Below are positions 29,692-40,237 of a DNA stretch of 64,000 nucleotides, in pieces (within the stretch, counting starts at the first letter, position 1; each line of letters begins with the position of its first letter). The DNA is taken from the NCBI GenBank assembly GCA_021777375.1, contig JAJYDV010000001.1, forward strand, positions 11,347 through 75,346, written 5' to 3'. The notes under the pieces were generated by a model. It saw nothing but the letters and a program-made list of their open reading frames with translations. It ran no database searches and was not told the DNA's origin. This DNA is from a bacterium (GTDB lineage Bacteria > Patescibacteriota > Saccharimonadia > Saccharimonadales > UBA4665). The translations under genes and the position numbers were made by a program.

Positions 29692-30996
29692 ATGAGACAT
29701 ACCGTTTCCGAGATCACGCTCAGTAATGGGGGGAAGGGGTTGTTAGTGCATATACCGAATGCTTCGGTTATGACCTTCGATATCAACTTTAGAGCTGGTG
29801 AGTATCTTGTCGATTCAGATAAGTGCGAGGTGCCTCACTTAATGGAACACATGGTTTTAGGCGCCAATGAATTAGTGCCTAAATCCATGGATTTTCAGGC
29901 TGAGCTGGAACGTAACGGGGCTTATTCAAACGCCAGTACTAGTGCCTACGACATTACTTATGAAGCTGAATGTGCAGACTTTGAGTGGGATAGAGTATTT
30001 GATTTGTTAATTGTAGCTATTACTAGGCCGTTGTTCTTGGATGAGGAGTTTAAGGCAGAATTTGGAAACGTGCAAGAAGAAATGGCTGCCAGGTCTAATA
30101 ACCACTTTCGGAATTTAAGCTTAGCAATGCGTAAGGAGCAAGGCTTATTAGGAAAAACTGACGCTGAGCACTTAAAGCTAATGCACAACGTCAACATTGA
30201 AGATATCCGAGCCCATTATAAGCACACCCATACCGCTAAAAATATGCGTTTTGTGATTGCCGGTGACATATCGAGTCGCCGCCGTGAGCATATCCAGAAT
30301 ATTCTTGGAATGATTGACTTACCTAAGGATGGCCGCCGTTTTCAATTGCCGCACGAAACCCCAAAACGCTTAAAACAGGCGGTGTATATCAGCAATAAAT
30401 CGGTTGAAAATCTTTACTTTTATATCGATACCTTTATGCGTCGCCGGTTAACAGATCCGGAAACTGACGCTCTCCATTTGGTCAATACAATGTTAACAGA
30501 AACTCTATACTCTAAAATTCTCGGTACAGCCAGAGAGCGGGGGCTTGTATACAGTATGAGCTCTGGCTTGTCACATACTCGCGATGCAAGCAATTGGTGG
30601 TTTGGCGCCCAGGTCTCTGACAAGAATGCACCGGCTTTAATGAATATTATTTACTCTGAACTTAGGAAAGTCATGGACGGTGCGATTAGTGACACCGATG
30701 TTATTGCCACTAAACAGTATTCTCTCGGTCGTTTTCAACGCTCTGCTCAAACGGTTAGCGGCACAGCTATGGGCTATAGCGGACGCTACTTCTTTGATGG
30801 CGTAATAGAGGACTACTACAATATTCCGGCTCGTATTGAAGCCATAAATAAGGAAGCTATCATAAATATATCTCAACTAATGTTCAGCGATAATCTTTGG
30901 GGACTGGGCGTTTTAGGTAATTGCGGTAAACCGTATAGCGAGCAGTTAAGGGGACAAATTTTACCTCTTTGGGAAAAAACCGAAACAAACAAGTAG
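29692..30996 (+). CDS. M16-family (insulinase-like) zinc peptidase
   Basis: Inverted zinc motif HLMEH (HxxEH). 434 aa covering the M16 N and C domains. Confidence 0.8.
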   Translation: MRHTVSEITLSNGGKGLLVHIPNASVMTFDINFRAGEYLVDSDKCEVPHLMEHMVLGANELVPKSMDFQAELERNGAYSNASTSAYDITYEAECADFEWDRVFDLLIVAITRPLFLDEEFKAEFGNVQEEMAARSNNHFRNLSLAMRKEQGLLGKTDAEHLKLMHNVNIEDIRAHYKHTHTAKNMRFVIAGDISSRRREHIQNILGMIDLPKDGRRFQLPHETPKRLKQAVYISNKSVENLYFYIDTFMRRRLTDPETDALHLVNTMLTETLYSKILGTARERGLVYSMSSGLSHTRDASNWWFGAQVSDKNAPALMNIIYSELRKVMDGAISDTDVIATKQYSLGRFQRSAQTVSGTAMGYSGRYFFDGVIEDYYNIPARIEAINKEAIINISQLMFSDNLWGLGVLGNCGKPYSEQLRGQILPLWEKTETNK

Positions 30997-31005
30997 AATA
31001 TAGTT

Positions 31006-32088
31006 ATGGAAGAAGCTGAAGCTAATAGACTCAAAGCTGAGATTAAAGCAGCCGTTAATCAACTGGGGCTTGATGAGCTTAAAGCTAAATATGACGATCT
31101 TGAAGAACAAAGCCACGAATCTGACTTTTGGAAAGATAATATCGCTGCGCAAAAAGTCATGCAAGAGATCTCACGTTTAAAAAAAAGAATCGAACCCTGG
31201 ACAGAACTACTTAACGCCGTTCACGATATCTCTGAGCTGTCACAGCTTAAAGATCCTAAGTTGAGTGATGAGATCAGCGAAAGTCTAAGCGGTATCCGCT
31301 CAAAATTTAGCGATTTAAAGCACCAGCTTCACTTTAGTGGTCCTTTTGATGACCATGCTGCCTTAGTCAGTATTTATGCCGGAGCAGGTGGAACTGATGC
31401 TCAAGATTGGACACAAATGTTATTCAGAATGTACTGTCGATTTTTCGATCAGAAGGGCTGGTCTTACAGGGTAATTGATGAATCTGCCGGGGATGAGGCA
31501 GGGCTTAAAAGTGTTACCCTTGAAGTTAGCGGTGATGATTTTGTCTATGGGATGCTTAAGGGAGAGGCTGGTGTGCATAGACTAGTGCGGCTTAGTCCTT
31601 TCAATGCCGATCACTTGCGTCAGACCAGTTTTTCAAAAGTAGAGATCACGCCACGCATCGATTCTCCTAGCGAGGTTGAACTAGATGAGCGCGATTTAAA
31701 AATTGACGTTTACCGAAGTGGCGGCCATGGTGGCCAGAGTGTTAATACTACCGATTCAGCAGTCCGGATAACGCATCTCCCAACTAATTTGAGCGTTGCC
31801 ATCCAAAATGAGCGTAGCCAGCTCAAAAACAAGGAGACGGCCTTGACGATCCTGCGATCCAGACTTGCCAAACTGCAGCTGGAACAGCATGCTGAGACCC
31901 TGAGCAAACTTAAAGGGCCTAGTCAGTCAGCGGAGTGGGGAAACCAAATTAGGAGCTATGTTCTTCATCCGTATAAGCAGGTTAAGGATTTACGGACCAA
32001 CTACGAAACTACTGATGTCGAGAGAGTTCTTAATGGCGACCTGTCTCAGATTATTGAGGCGTATTTAGACTCTACACCAGCCACTTAA
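31006..32088 (+). CDS. prfB: Peptide chain release factor 2, encoded in a single frame
   Basis: SPF tripeptide (RLSPFNA) and GGQ context [23 protein letters not shown]. The reading frame is continuous from MEEAEANRL, with no frameshift site. Confidence 0.93.
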   Translation: MEEAEANRLKAEIKAAVNQLGLDELKAKYDDLEEQSHESDFWKDNIAAQKVMQEISRLKKRIEPWTELLNAVHDISELSQLKDPKLSDEISESLSGIRSKFSDLKHQLHFSGPFDDHAALVSIYAGAGGTDAQDWTQMLFRMYCRFFDQKGWSYRVIDESAGDEAGLKSVTLEVSGDDFVYGMLKGEAGVHRLVRLSPFNADHLRQTSFSKVEITPRIDSPSEVELDERDLKIDVYRSGGHGGQSVNTTDSAVRITHLPTNLSVAIQNERSQLKNKETALTILRSRLAKLQLEQHAETLSKLKGPSQSAEWGNQIRSYVLHPYKQVKDLRTNYETTDVERVLNGDLSQIIEAYLDSTPAT

Positions 32089-32116
32089 CAGTGATAGCAT
32101 GCTATAATTTAGCCAC

Positions 32117-32800
32117 ATGATATTACTCGATAGGGTGAGTAAAACATATACAAAAGGCGGAAAACCATCGCTTGATCGGATTAGTTTACATGTCGATCCA
32201 AATGAATTTGTAATCGTGGTAGGGGCAAGTGGGGCTGGTAAAACTACGCTAATGCGCCTATTAACTCGGGAAGAACGTCAGACCTCAGGAAAAATTATTA
32301 TTGGCGGAATTGATTTTGATAAGCTTAAAGATCGGGAGATTCCATTGCTTAGGCGCAAAATTGGGGTAGTTTTTCAGGATTTTAAACTATTACCGAACAA
32401 GACAATCTTTGAAAACGTATCTTTTGCGCTTGAAATGGTAGGTATGGGAAATCACGAGATAAAGAATACGGTACCTAAAGTGTTAGATATAGTGAATTTG
32501 ACGGGCAAAGAGAACAGTATGCCAATTGAACTTTCTGGAGGTGAGCGTCAAAGAGTGGCAATAGCAAGAGCGATTGTCCGTCAGCCGAAGATTCTTATTG
32601 CAGATGAACCAACTGGTAACCTTGACCCCAAACACGCATGGGATGTTATTAAGATTCTTGAAAAAGTTAATCGTTTCGGGACTACAGTTTTACTCACTAC
32701 GCATAACCAAGAAATTGTCAATCGACTTAAGCGCCGGGTGGTAACTATTAAAGATGGCAAAATCGTTAGTGACCGGGCCAATGCCGGTTATAAGATATAA
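32117..32800 (+). CDS. ftsE: Cell division ABC ATPase FtsE
   Basis: Walker A GASGAGKTT, signature LSGGERQRVAIARA, Walker B ILIADEPTGNLD. Confidence 0.93.
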   Translation: MILLDRVSKTYTKGGKPSLDRISLHVDPNEFVIVVGASGAGKTTLMRLLTREERQTSGKIIIGGIDFDKLKDREIPLLRRKIGVVFQDFKLLPNKTIFENVSFALEMVGMGNHEIKNTVPKVLDIVNLTGKENSMPIELSGGERQRVAIARAIVRQPKILIADEPTGNLDPKHAWDVIKILEKVNRFGTTVLLTTHNQEIVNRLKRRVVTIKDGKIVSDRANAGYKI

Positions 32801-32830
32801 GGGTTATAGAGGAAGGTAAGATAAATAAAG

Positions 32831-33778
32831 TTGAGCGTTAGAAAACGATTAATGACCTTTTGGCGCATTGTTAACAACGGACTGGTTAATTTTGTGCGTA
32901 ACCTATCGCTAGCCATCGCTGCTATTGCGATCATGGTAGTTACGCTGACAATTGTTCTATTCTCAGTGGTTATTAACTATACTTTTTCGCACACTATTAA
33001 CCAGATAACCAGTAAAATAGATATCTCAGTTTATCTAAGCGATAATGTTTCTTCTTCCGAAAGTAAGAAATTAGTCAGCGAATTAAAGCAGCTTCCGAAT
33101 GTCGAGAGTGTGACCTACTTGTCTAAGGCACAGGTGTTGAAGAGATATGAGCAACAAAACGCATCAAATCAACAGCTAATTCAGGCGGTTAATGAAACAA
33201 GTAATCCGCTACCAGCGACAATTATTATTAAGCCTGTAAATCTAAATAACCTAAGTCAGATTAAGACTTTTCTAGATAAACCTCAGGTTAGCAATCTTGA
33301 ATCAGCCCCAACGAGTTATAGCGGTCAAGAAAAACAGGCCATTGATAGCATTACCCACGCTACCGATGTGCTGCAGAGAATCGGTGTATTTGCTGTTATC
33401 ATATTCGCAGTCGTTAGCGTACTGATTATTTTTAACACGATTCAAATGGCCATTTTTAATCGTCGCGACGAGATTCAAATTATGCGTTTACTGGGCGCCG
33501 GAACTGGATATATTAGAGGCCCATTTGTTGTCGAGAGCATCACTTACGGCGTACTAGCAGCAATTATCTCAGTAGCAGTTATTAATGGAGCTTTCCAGGC
33601 CAGTAGCAGTACGCTGCAGGCCAGTAGTCTAGGATTGCTGGACATTGGTTATGCAAATAGTTTCTTTGACAGCCACTTTGTGCTCTTGTTGACCATCCAG
33701 CTGGGAATTGGTATCGTAATAGGTGCCGTTTCCTCTTCTATAGCGACCAGACGGTATCTAAAATTTAAAACCAGATAA
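32831..33778 (+). CDS. ftsX: Cell division permease-like protein FtsX
   Basis: TM1, large extracytoplasmic domain, then 3 C-terminal TMs. Follows ftsE. TTG start (ATG alternative at 32852). Confidence 0.88.
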   Translation: MSVRKRLMTFWRIVNNGLVNFVRNLSLAIAAIAIMVVTLTIVLFSVVINYTFSHTINQITSKIDISVYLSDNVSSSESKKLVSELKQLPNVESVTYLSKAQVLKRYEQQNASNQQLIQAVNETSNPLPATIIIKPVNLNNLSQIKTFLDKPQVSNLESAPTSYSGQEKQAIDSITHATDVLQRIGVFAVIIFAVVSVLIIFNTIQMAIFNRRDEIQIMRLLGAGTGYIRGPFVVESITYGVLAAIISVAVINGAFQASSSTLQASSLGLLDIGYANSFFDSHFVLLLTIQLGIGIVIGAVSSSIATRRYLKFKTR

Positions 33779-33914
33779 TTAAGTTAAGTTTTTGAGCTTC
33801 GCGGCAAAGGGAGATTTACTAAACCAAAACAGTTTAGTGTGTACTAGTCGCTCTAGACGCTAAATCCAGTCAGTCTGAAAGGTGGGCTTAAAGACAATGA
33901 GAGGGTAAAATTCT

Positions 33915-35201
33915 TTGACAAAACATGGTATAGTTAAGGTGCTAAGTAAAAACAAACAGCATAAAATGTTTATCCGTTCGCCTCACTTTATTCAGGGTCG
34001 CCTACGAACCGTAGCGCTTAGTTTAAGTGTGCTAGTACTGGTCTTAGCTACCGTTCCGATTGTACGGGCCGATATTTATCAAAATCAGATTAATTCACTT
34101 AGTACTCAAAATTCACTTACTCAAGCTCAACTTAACGGTTTGCAACTTCAGGCTACTAATTACCAACAGGCAATTGACGCCTATCAGGCCCAGGTCAATG
34201 ATATTAATAACGCTATTGCTAGTAATAGTGCTAAACAAGCAGCCGATCAGCAGGCTATTGCGGCTGATGAGGCCAAAATAGCACTAAACAAGCAATATCT
34301 TGCTACAGATATCAGAACAATGTATGTCCAGGGCCAAATGACGATGATTGAACAACTAGCTACCAGTCAGAATCTCAGCACTTTCGTTAACAAACAAGAG
34401 GATGATATAAAAATTCAAGACAACCTAAATAGTTTACTGGCCTCTATTAAAACGCTTCAACAACAAGCGCAGACCAACGCTGATGAGGTTGCTGCTCTAA
34501 TCAAGACTGAGCAAGCTCAGCAAGCGCAGGTTGCCACTGACGAGAGCCAGCAGGCACAGCTGTTAAATATGAACCAGTCACAGCAGTCAGCATATAATGC
34601 GCAGATTGCGGCAAATAATGCGCAGATTGCGGCGCTTAAAGCCGAACAGGCGGCGGCAAATGCGGCCATCGCCAGAACAGTACAAGTTAGACCGTCGGGC
34701 GGCGGCGGGGGTGCTTGCGACATGGGATATGGAAACGGAGGCTACCCATCGGTACTTTGTAATGCCTATCAAGATGCTATCCTTGATGCCTATGGTTTTC
34801 CGAATCGCGAGTGTACCTCATTTGCATACTGGTACTTCGTCAATATCGAGGGGAACAGCGGTTTTCAGGTTAATGGTAACGCCGGTTGGTGGTGGGAAAC
34901 AAGCAGTTTCGCCGTATCGACCTACCCCGACGTACAAGTTGGCGCCATTGGTGTTGAGCCCTCGAGCGTATTGAATGCTCCGGTACCGAGCTTGCATGGC
35001 GGTTACTATGGTCACGTGATGATTGTCCTAGCTTTACCGGGCACGACTTATGATGGACATTTTCCATTCACCACTGCGGCAGCCGGAACTTATGTTCCGG
35101 AAGGCTATGTACTTGTAATGAGTATGAATGAAGACGAACAGGGGCACTTCATGTATAGTTTATGGCCGGCTAACTACTTAATGTATATTAATCCTCAGTA
35201 A
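33915..35201 (+). CDS. PcsB-like peptidoglycan hydrolase: signal peptide, long Q/A-rich coiled coil, C-terminal CHAP domain
   Basis: CHAP Cys context NRECTSFAYWYF and His context GHVMIV. About 200 aa of heptad-like Q/A/N-rich sequence. Immediately after ftsEX. Confidence 0.75.
   Translation: MTKHGIVKVLSKNKQHKMFIRSPHFIQGRLRTVALSLSVLVLVLATVPIVRADIYQNQINSLSTQNSLTQAQLNGLQLQATNYQQAIDAYQAQVNDINNAIASNSAKQAADQQAIAADEAKIALNKQYLATDIRTMYVQGQMTMIEQLATSQNLSTFVNKQEDDIKIQDNLNSLLASIKTLQQQAQTNADEVAALIKTEQAQQAQVATDESQQAQLLNMNQSQQSAYNAQIAANNAQIAALKAEQAAANAAIARTVQVRPSGGGGGACDMGYGNGGYPSVLCNAYQDAILDAYGFPNRECTSFAYWYFVNIEGNSGFQVNGNAGWWWETSSFAVSTYPDVQVGAIGVEPSSVLNAPVPSLHGGYYGHVMIVLALPGTTYDGHFPFTTAAAGTYVPEGYVLVMSMNEDEQGHFMYSLWPANYLMYINPQ
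34594..34635 (+). repeat. In-frame 21-bp tandem duplication inside the coiled-coil region
   Basis: ATAATGCGCAGATTGCGGC occurs at 34594-34612 and again at 34615-34633 (period 21), encoding NAQIAA twice. Confidence 0.8.
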
Positions 35202-35318
35202 GCCTTAAGCCACTATCGTTAAGCTAACGCTTGTCATACAATACTAGCTTAGAGTCAAAACAATCTGTGCGGCATGCGCGCATAACTATATTAGAGACTA
35301 ACAACCATAAGGAAGGGA

Positions 35319-36527
35319 ATGATTCAAAAATTTAAATTAGACAAAATTAGCCGTAACTGGAGGAGAGTAATATTTACTGTTCTAAGTCTAGCTATATTAA
35401 CCGGTGCTTATTTACTCGGTCTTAATGTCGGCAATGGCAATCTATATGCTCAGAACAGTGGCCTAAACTCATCTTTGCCCAGTAAACTTAATTACACTAC
35501 CGTTAATCAAGAATACCAGGCGTTAATAGATAACTATGATGGTAAGCTTTCCGTTCAGCAGCTATTAAACGGCATCAAGCACGGACTCGCCAATGCCGTT
35601 AACGATCCATATACAGAATATTTTACGGCCAAAGAGGCCACTCAATTTAACTCTGAGCTTAATAACTCGTTTAGTGGCATTGGGGCAGAGCTCAGCACTA
35701 ACTCGCAGAATCAGATTATAGTAATGTCACCACTCAAAGGATACCCGGCAGCAGCGGCTGGACTTGTCGCAAATGACGTCATAGTTGATATAAATAATCA
35801 TTCAACTATCAACATGACTGTTGAGCAGGCTGTGAGCGCTATACGTGGTAAAGCAGGCACTTACGTAACCCTAACCGTCATCCATAACGGCCAGCAGCAA
35901 AACCTGACAATTAAGCGCGAAAATATTGTTGTTCCGAGCGTGAGCTATAAAGTAATAAACGGAAACCTGGGCTATATATCTATTATAAGTTTTGCTAACG
36001 ACACCTCTAGTTTAATCCAGCAAGCTGCTAATTACATGGTTAATCAACATGTGAAAGGTATTATTTTGGATCTAAGAGACAATCCGGGAGGTTTAGTAAC
36101 TGCTGCCGTAACTACGGCAAGCGAATGGCTAAAACCGGGGCAGCTAATAATGCAGGAAAAGCATGGCAATACAATACTTCAGACCTACATGGCGACTGGT
36201 GGCGATATCCTAAATGGTATACCGACCGTAGTATTGGTTAATGGCGGTTCAGCATCGGCTAGCGAGATAACCGCCGGAGCTTTACATGATAACCATGACG
36301 CTTACATTATAGGTACGCAAACATTCGGTAAAGGCGTTGTCCAACAACTGATAAATCTAGCGGATGGCGGGGAGTTAAAGGTTACCATTGCTTCGTGGTA
36401 TCGTCCTGATGGTCAAGATATCAACCACTTAGGAATCAAGCCGGATAGTGTCGTTAATCAGCCAGCGAACGCGACTAGCGATTTACAGCTAGCTGCCGCA
36501 GAAAAATATTTAGAAAGCGCAAAATAG
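35319..36527 (+). CDS. ctpA: Carboxy-terminal processing (S41, tail-specific) protease with PDZ
   Basis: Nucleophile context GGSASASEI and Lys context TFGKGVVQ. N-terminal TM anchor. Confidence 0.9.
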   Translation: MIQKFKLDKISRNWRRVIFTVLSLAILTGAYLLGLNVGNGNLYAQNSGLNSSLPSKLNYTTVNQEYQALIDNYDGKLSVQQLLNGIKHGLANAVNDPYTEYFTAKEATQFNSELNNSFSGIGAELSTNSQNQIIVMSPLKGYPAAAAGLVANDVIVDINNHSTINMTVEQAVSAIRGKAGTYVTLTVIHNGQQQNLTIKRENIVVPSVSYKVINGNLGYISIISFANDTSSLIQQAANYMVNQHVKGIILDLRDNPGGLVTAAVTTASEWLKPGQLIMQEKHGNTILQTYMATGGDILNGIPTVVLVNGGSASASEITAGALHDNHDAYIIGTQTFGKGVVQQLINLADGGELKVTIASWYRPDGQDINHLGIKPDSVVNQPANATSDLQLAAAEKYLESAK

Positions 36528-36600
36528 ATACAAAAAATTAACTTTTTCTTGTACGAAAGAAATTAGATATGCTAACATGCCCTAAGTATTAAGAGGTAGT

Positions 36601-38220
36601 ATGGTGGCTCGCAGCCAAACCAAGTACATATTTGTTACTGGAGGAGTACTTTCCGGATTAGGAAAGGGTATTACTGCCGCCTCTATCGGCAACCTCTTGC
36701 GTTCTCGAGGCCTTACCGTCAATCTCCAAAAATGTGACCCATACCTAAATGTTGACGCCGGACTACTTAATCCACGTGAGCATGGAGAGTGCTTTGTAAC
36801 CAAGGACGGGGCTGAAACAGATCTCGATTTGGGGCATTACGAGCGGTTTACTGATGTAGAGATGAGCAAAGATAGCTCGGTAATGGCTGGAAGAGTCTTG
36901 GCTAAAGTTATTGCCGATGAGCGAGCTGGTAAATATGATGGTGACGACGTTCAGATCATCCCTCACTTAACTGCGGCGATCCAAGAGTATTTCATCATGG
37001 CCGGTAAGGGATTTGATGTACATATTGTCGAGATTGGTGGAACGGTGGGGGATTATGAGTCACTTAGCTTTACCGAAGCAATTAGAGAATTCGCGATTAA
37101 TGTCGGGCGAGAAAACTGCCTTTATGTGCATGTTGTCTATCTGCCTTTTCTAACTGCCTCTCAAGAAACAAAGACTAAACCAGCTCAAAATTCGGTACGC
37201 GAATTACGTGGTTTGGGTATTTCACCGGATATCCTGGTAGGTCGCTGCGAACGTTTAGCCAACGGCAATGTAATGCGTAAACTAAGTCTGTTTTCGGGAG
37301 TTAGTGAAGATGCGATAGTTCTTTTACCACACGCGGACAATATTTACGAAGTACCACTAACCCTAGAAGATAGTGGCATTGGGGATGTAGTGGTGAACAA
37401 GCTTAATATTTCCAAGGTTAAGGCGGTTCAGCTCGAAGCCTGGAGATCAATGGTTAAGCGTGCCAAAAAGGATTACCATCGAAGCGTAACAATCGGCTTA
37501 ATTGCTAAATATATGGACAACAGCGATACTTATATGTCTGTGGTTGAAGCCACTCGCTCTGCTGCTTGGTGGAACGAGACTAATCTTAACTTTGTCTGGA
37601 TTGATGCTGTTAAACTGGGTAAAAATAAGAACCCAGAGCAACTTTTGGCGGATTGCGACGCCATAATTGTTCCTGGCGGTTTCGGAAGTCGAGGCGTGGA
37701 CGGTAAAATCGAAGCCGCGAGCTTTGCATTGGCGAGTGGATTACCATATCTTGGCTTGTGCTATGGACTTCATATGGCGGTAATTGCGGCAGCTCGTAAA
37801 CACGGCCTCAAGCAAGCTAATACGACAGAAGTTGATCCTAAGACTCCGGACCCAGTAATTGATACCATGGCTGGCCAAAAAGGTAAGGAGAATACCGGTG
37901 GAACTATGCGCCTAGGCAACTACGACTGTACATTACTTAAAGACAGCATGGCTGCTAAATTATACGGCAAAGAAAAGATCGTTGAGCGACATCGACACCG
38001 CTGGGAGTGTAATCCAAAGTATATACCCGCATATGAGAGCTGGGGGATTCGGGCGGTCGGATTCAATCCTGATACTGGTCTGGTTGAGGTAATTGAAGGA
38101 ACCAAACACCCTTACTTTATTGCCAGCCAATTTCACCCGGAATTTAAATCTCGTCCTACCAGGCCTCATCCGCTATTTGATGGCTTAATCAAGGCAGCCT
38201 TGCAAAAAGACAGAAGATAA
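36601..38220 (+). CDS. pyrG: CTP synthase
   Basis: GGVLSGLGKGITAASIG N-terminus. Glutaminase Cys in YLGLCYG. HRHRWE. Confidence 0.96.
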   Translation: MVARSQTKYIFVTGGVLSGLGKGITAASIGNLLRSRGLTVNLQKCDPYLNVDAGLLNPREHGECFVTKDGAETDLDLGHYERFTDVEMSKDSSVMAGRVLAKVIADERAGKYDGDDVQIIPHLTAAIQEYFIMAGKGFDVHIVEIGGTVGDYESLSFTEAIREFAINVGRENCLYVHVVYLPFLTASQETKTKPAQNSVRELRGLGISPDILVGRCERLANGNVMRKLSLFSGVSEDAIVLLPHADNIYEVPLTLEDSGIGDVVVNKLNISKVKAVQLEAWRSMVKRAKKDYHRSVTIGLIAKYMDNSDTYMSVVEATRSAAWWNETNLNFVWIDAVKLGKNKNPEQLLADCDAIIVPGGFGSRGVDGKIEAASFALASGLPYLGLCYGLHMAVIAAARKHGLKQANTTEVDPKTPDPVIDTMAGQKGKENTGGTMRLGNYDCTLLKDSMAAKLYGKEKIVERHRHRWECNPKYIPAYESWGIRAVGFNPDTGLVEVIEGTKHPYFIASQFHPEFKSRPTRPHPLFDGLIKAALQKDRR

Positions 38221-38235
38221 GTTACCTTAAGCAGT

Positions 38236-38631
38236 ATGGATCAAACAAAATCTGAAACCCTCAAACGCATATTGTTAGTTGAAGATGATGACGGCCTAGC
38301 TAATGTCTATGTAATGCGTTTACAGGCCGAGGGTTTTGATGTGCGGCGCGTTGCAGATGGCGAAGATGCTTTAGCTTCAGCCATAAGTTATCACCCAGAC
38401 TTAGTCTTACTTGACGTTATGATGCCTAAAGTCAGTGGTTTTGATGTCTTGGATATTCTACGCAATACTCCTGAGACAGCTGGCTTAAAAGTTATTATGC
38501 TGACTGCGCTTAGCCAGGATAGTGATAAACAACGTGCCGAAAGTTTGGGCGTTGATGACTACTTAGTGAAGTCTCAAGTTGTAATTGCCGACGTTATTGA
38601 TCGAATTAAATATCACCTAGGGCTTAGCTAA
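38236..38631 (+). CDS. Stand-alone response-regulator receiver domain (canonical)
   Basis: VEDDD acidic pocket, phospho-acceptor context LVLLDVMMP, then LTA and DYLVKS (Lys). 131 aa with no output domain. Confidence 0.85.
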   Translation: MDQTKSETLKRILLVEDDDGLANVYVMRLQAEGFDVRRVADGEDALASAISYHPDLVLLDVMMPKVSGFDVLDILRNTPETAGLKVIMLTALSQDSDKQRAESLGVDDYLVKSQVVIADVIDRIKYHLGLS

Positions 38632-38896
38632 CGCTGACTTCAGTTCGACGGACACTTTTTCCAGAAAAGAGACGTACTTTGCGGGTCTTAAATTCCACTA
38701 CACCATCTTTAGCCGCATGAATTGTGAAGTTCCGACTCATTTTAGTACCTGAACCAGGGCGCTTTGTCATGCCAACTTGGCGCACAATTACTTGTCCAAC
38801 TTTGACTTTTTCACCGCCGAATAATTTTACACCAAGGTGCTGTCCTGGTGAATCGTGGACATTTTTAGCGGTGCCGCCAGCCTTTACGTGACTCAT
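38624..38896 (-). CDS. rpmA: 50S ribosomal protein L27
   Basis: MSHVKAGGTAKNVHDSPGQHLGVKLFGGE is the L27 signature. 90 aa. Not adjacent to rplU. Confidence 0.9.
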   Translation of the reverse strand: MSHVKAGGTAKNVHDSPGQHLGVKLFGGEKVKVGQVIVRQVGMTKRPGSGTKMSRNFTIHAAKDGVVEFKTRKVRLFSGKSVRRTEVSVS

Positions 38897-38906
38897 ATCT
38901 CTTCTT

Positions 38907-40163
38907 TCATTTCTTACTTAAAACTAATAACTCGCGAGCCACTATTTGACCGGGACGTCTGTAGATTAACTGTTCATCCCGGGCGTGGCGAAAACTCACC
39001 CGATTATAGCCAATCACCTCTATAGAGTCAAGTAAGGGAAGGTGGGCCAGCTTGGTTTGGCTGACTTGCCATGCCGGTAAAGCAAGGCAGATCCGAGTCC
39101 CGCTATCGATTTGCTTAAATATGTTAGTGAGAAAACCTCGGATTATTTTATTGCAATTATTTATTGCCGTTTCAAGCTGGTAATTTGACGGGAAAGATCC
39201 AAAAGGTGGACCAAGATCAGTTTCGCTTGCGATCAGCGTTGGCTTACGTGGCCAGATATAACTTGTCGCATCGGCTCGTAAAATCTCGGTCGATACCTCT
39301 TTTGGAAGAGGCGATCTAGGTAGACTGCGCAACCAATCGAGGTTGGTTTTAGCATAGTCGGTCATCCTTTGGTCTATATCTGACCCTAGGCAGTCGTAGC
39401 CCATAATGGCTGCTTCTTGAAGAACGACTCCGCTTCCGCAAAAAGGATCAAGTAAAAGAGTCCCATTGAAATGCGACTTTGAATTTGGAATTAGCTGGTT
39501 GGGCGTTATGTTGCCTACAGATGAGGTAGTTTCACTGGGAAGTGGGCTGGCGCTTAGGTTGATAATTATTTGAGCTAGTTTAGGGGGTAACATTCCAACC
39601 TTAGAGTCACGCGCCGGACGGTTTCGGTCGCGCTGTGTATATGCTTCTATGTCCTGAACTTTTACCGTCTGTGCGACAACGGTTTGTTTTCCTGCTTTGA
39701 CGAGCAATAACTCCCAGCCATTTGGACCGCAGAGATGCCCGTGGATTACTTGAGCGCTACTTAGATTATCTTCGTGGTTCGAAGCTACTCTAACACTACG
39801 TCCGGTGGCGCGAATTACCCGCTTAAGTTTCAAACCAAGCAGTTGTACTTGTTTCGGCGATTGAGTAAATCCGTAAACACTAATACCTAGATGCATTTTT
39901 CCAGCTGCTAGATCCTTGCTACGGTCGAGACTACTTTGGGCTAAGAAATCGCCAATTTTGTCCCAAGACACAGTTTTAAGTTCGGTTAGGATCTTAGCAA
40001 ACTTAACAGCTCCTCCAAGACGGTCAAATGCTAACAGACTGGGGTCGACATCTACAATTACAGCGCTATCTTCTATCGGTTTTAGTTTATCTGGCCCGTA
40101 AAGACTTTCTAGCTCGGCCAGGCCAAGCGCTGGCTGACGCCCGAGTATAATCAAACTTTTCAT
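38907..40163 (-). CDS. SAM-dependent RNA (guanine-N2/adenine-N6-type) methyltransferase, UPF0020-like
   Basis: Motif I LLDPFCGSGVVLQEA and a motif IV-like DLGPPFG. Confidence 0.6.
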   Translation of the reverse strand: MKSLIILGRQPALGLAELESLYGPDKLKPIEDSAVIVDVDPSLLAFDRLGGAVKFAKILTELKTVSWDKIGDFLAQSSLDRSKDLAAGKMHLGISVYGFTQSPKQVQLLGLKLKRVIRATGRSVRVASNHEDNLSSAQVIHGHLCGPNGWELLLVKAGKQTVVAQTVKVQDIEAYTQRDRNRPARDSKVGMLPPKLAQIIINLSASPLPSETTSSVGNITPNQLIPNSKSHFNGTLLLDPFCGSGVVLQEAAIMGYDCLGSDIDQRMTDYAKTNLDWLRSLPRSPLPKEVSTEILRADATSYIWPRKPTLIASETDLGPPFGSFPSNYQLETAINNCNKIIRGFLTNIFKQIDSGTRICLALPAWQVSQTKLAHLPLLDSIEVIGYNRVSFRHARDEQLIYRRPGQIVARELLVLSKK

Positions 40164-40237
40164 CTTGTTAGCTATTTTAACCCTTAGCGTCCGTTTAGCT
40201 AGTCATAAACTTGGCTTAGTTTATAATAGTTTTAAAT

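Noticed and set aside
31006-31120. Programmed +1 frameshift site in prfB (CUU UGA C type).
   Set aside because: The RF2 N-terminal domain through the SPF and GGQ motifs is encoded in one continuous frame. There is no in-frame early TGA.
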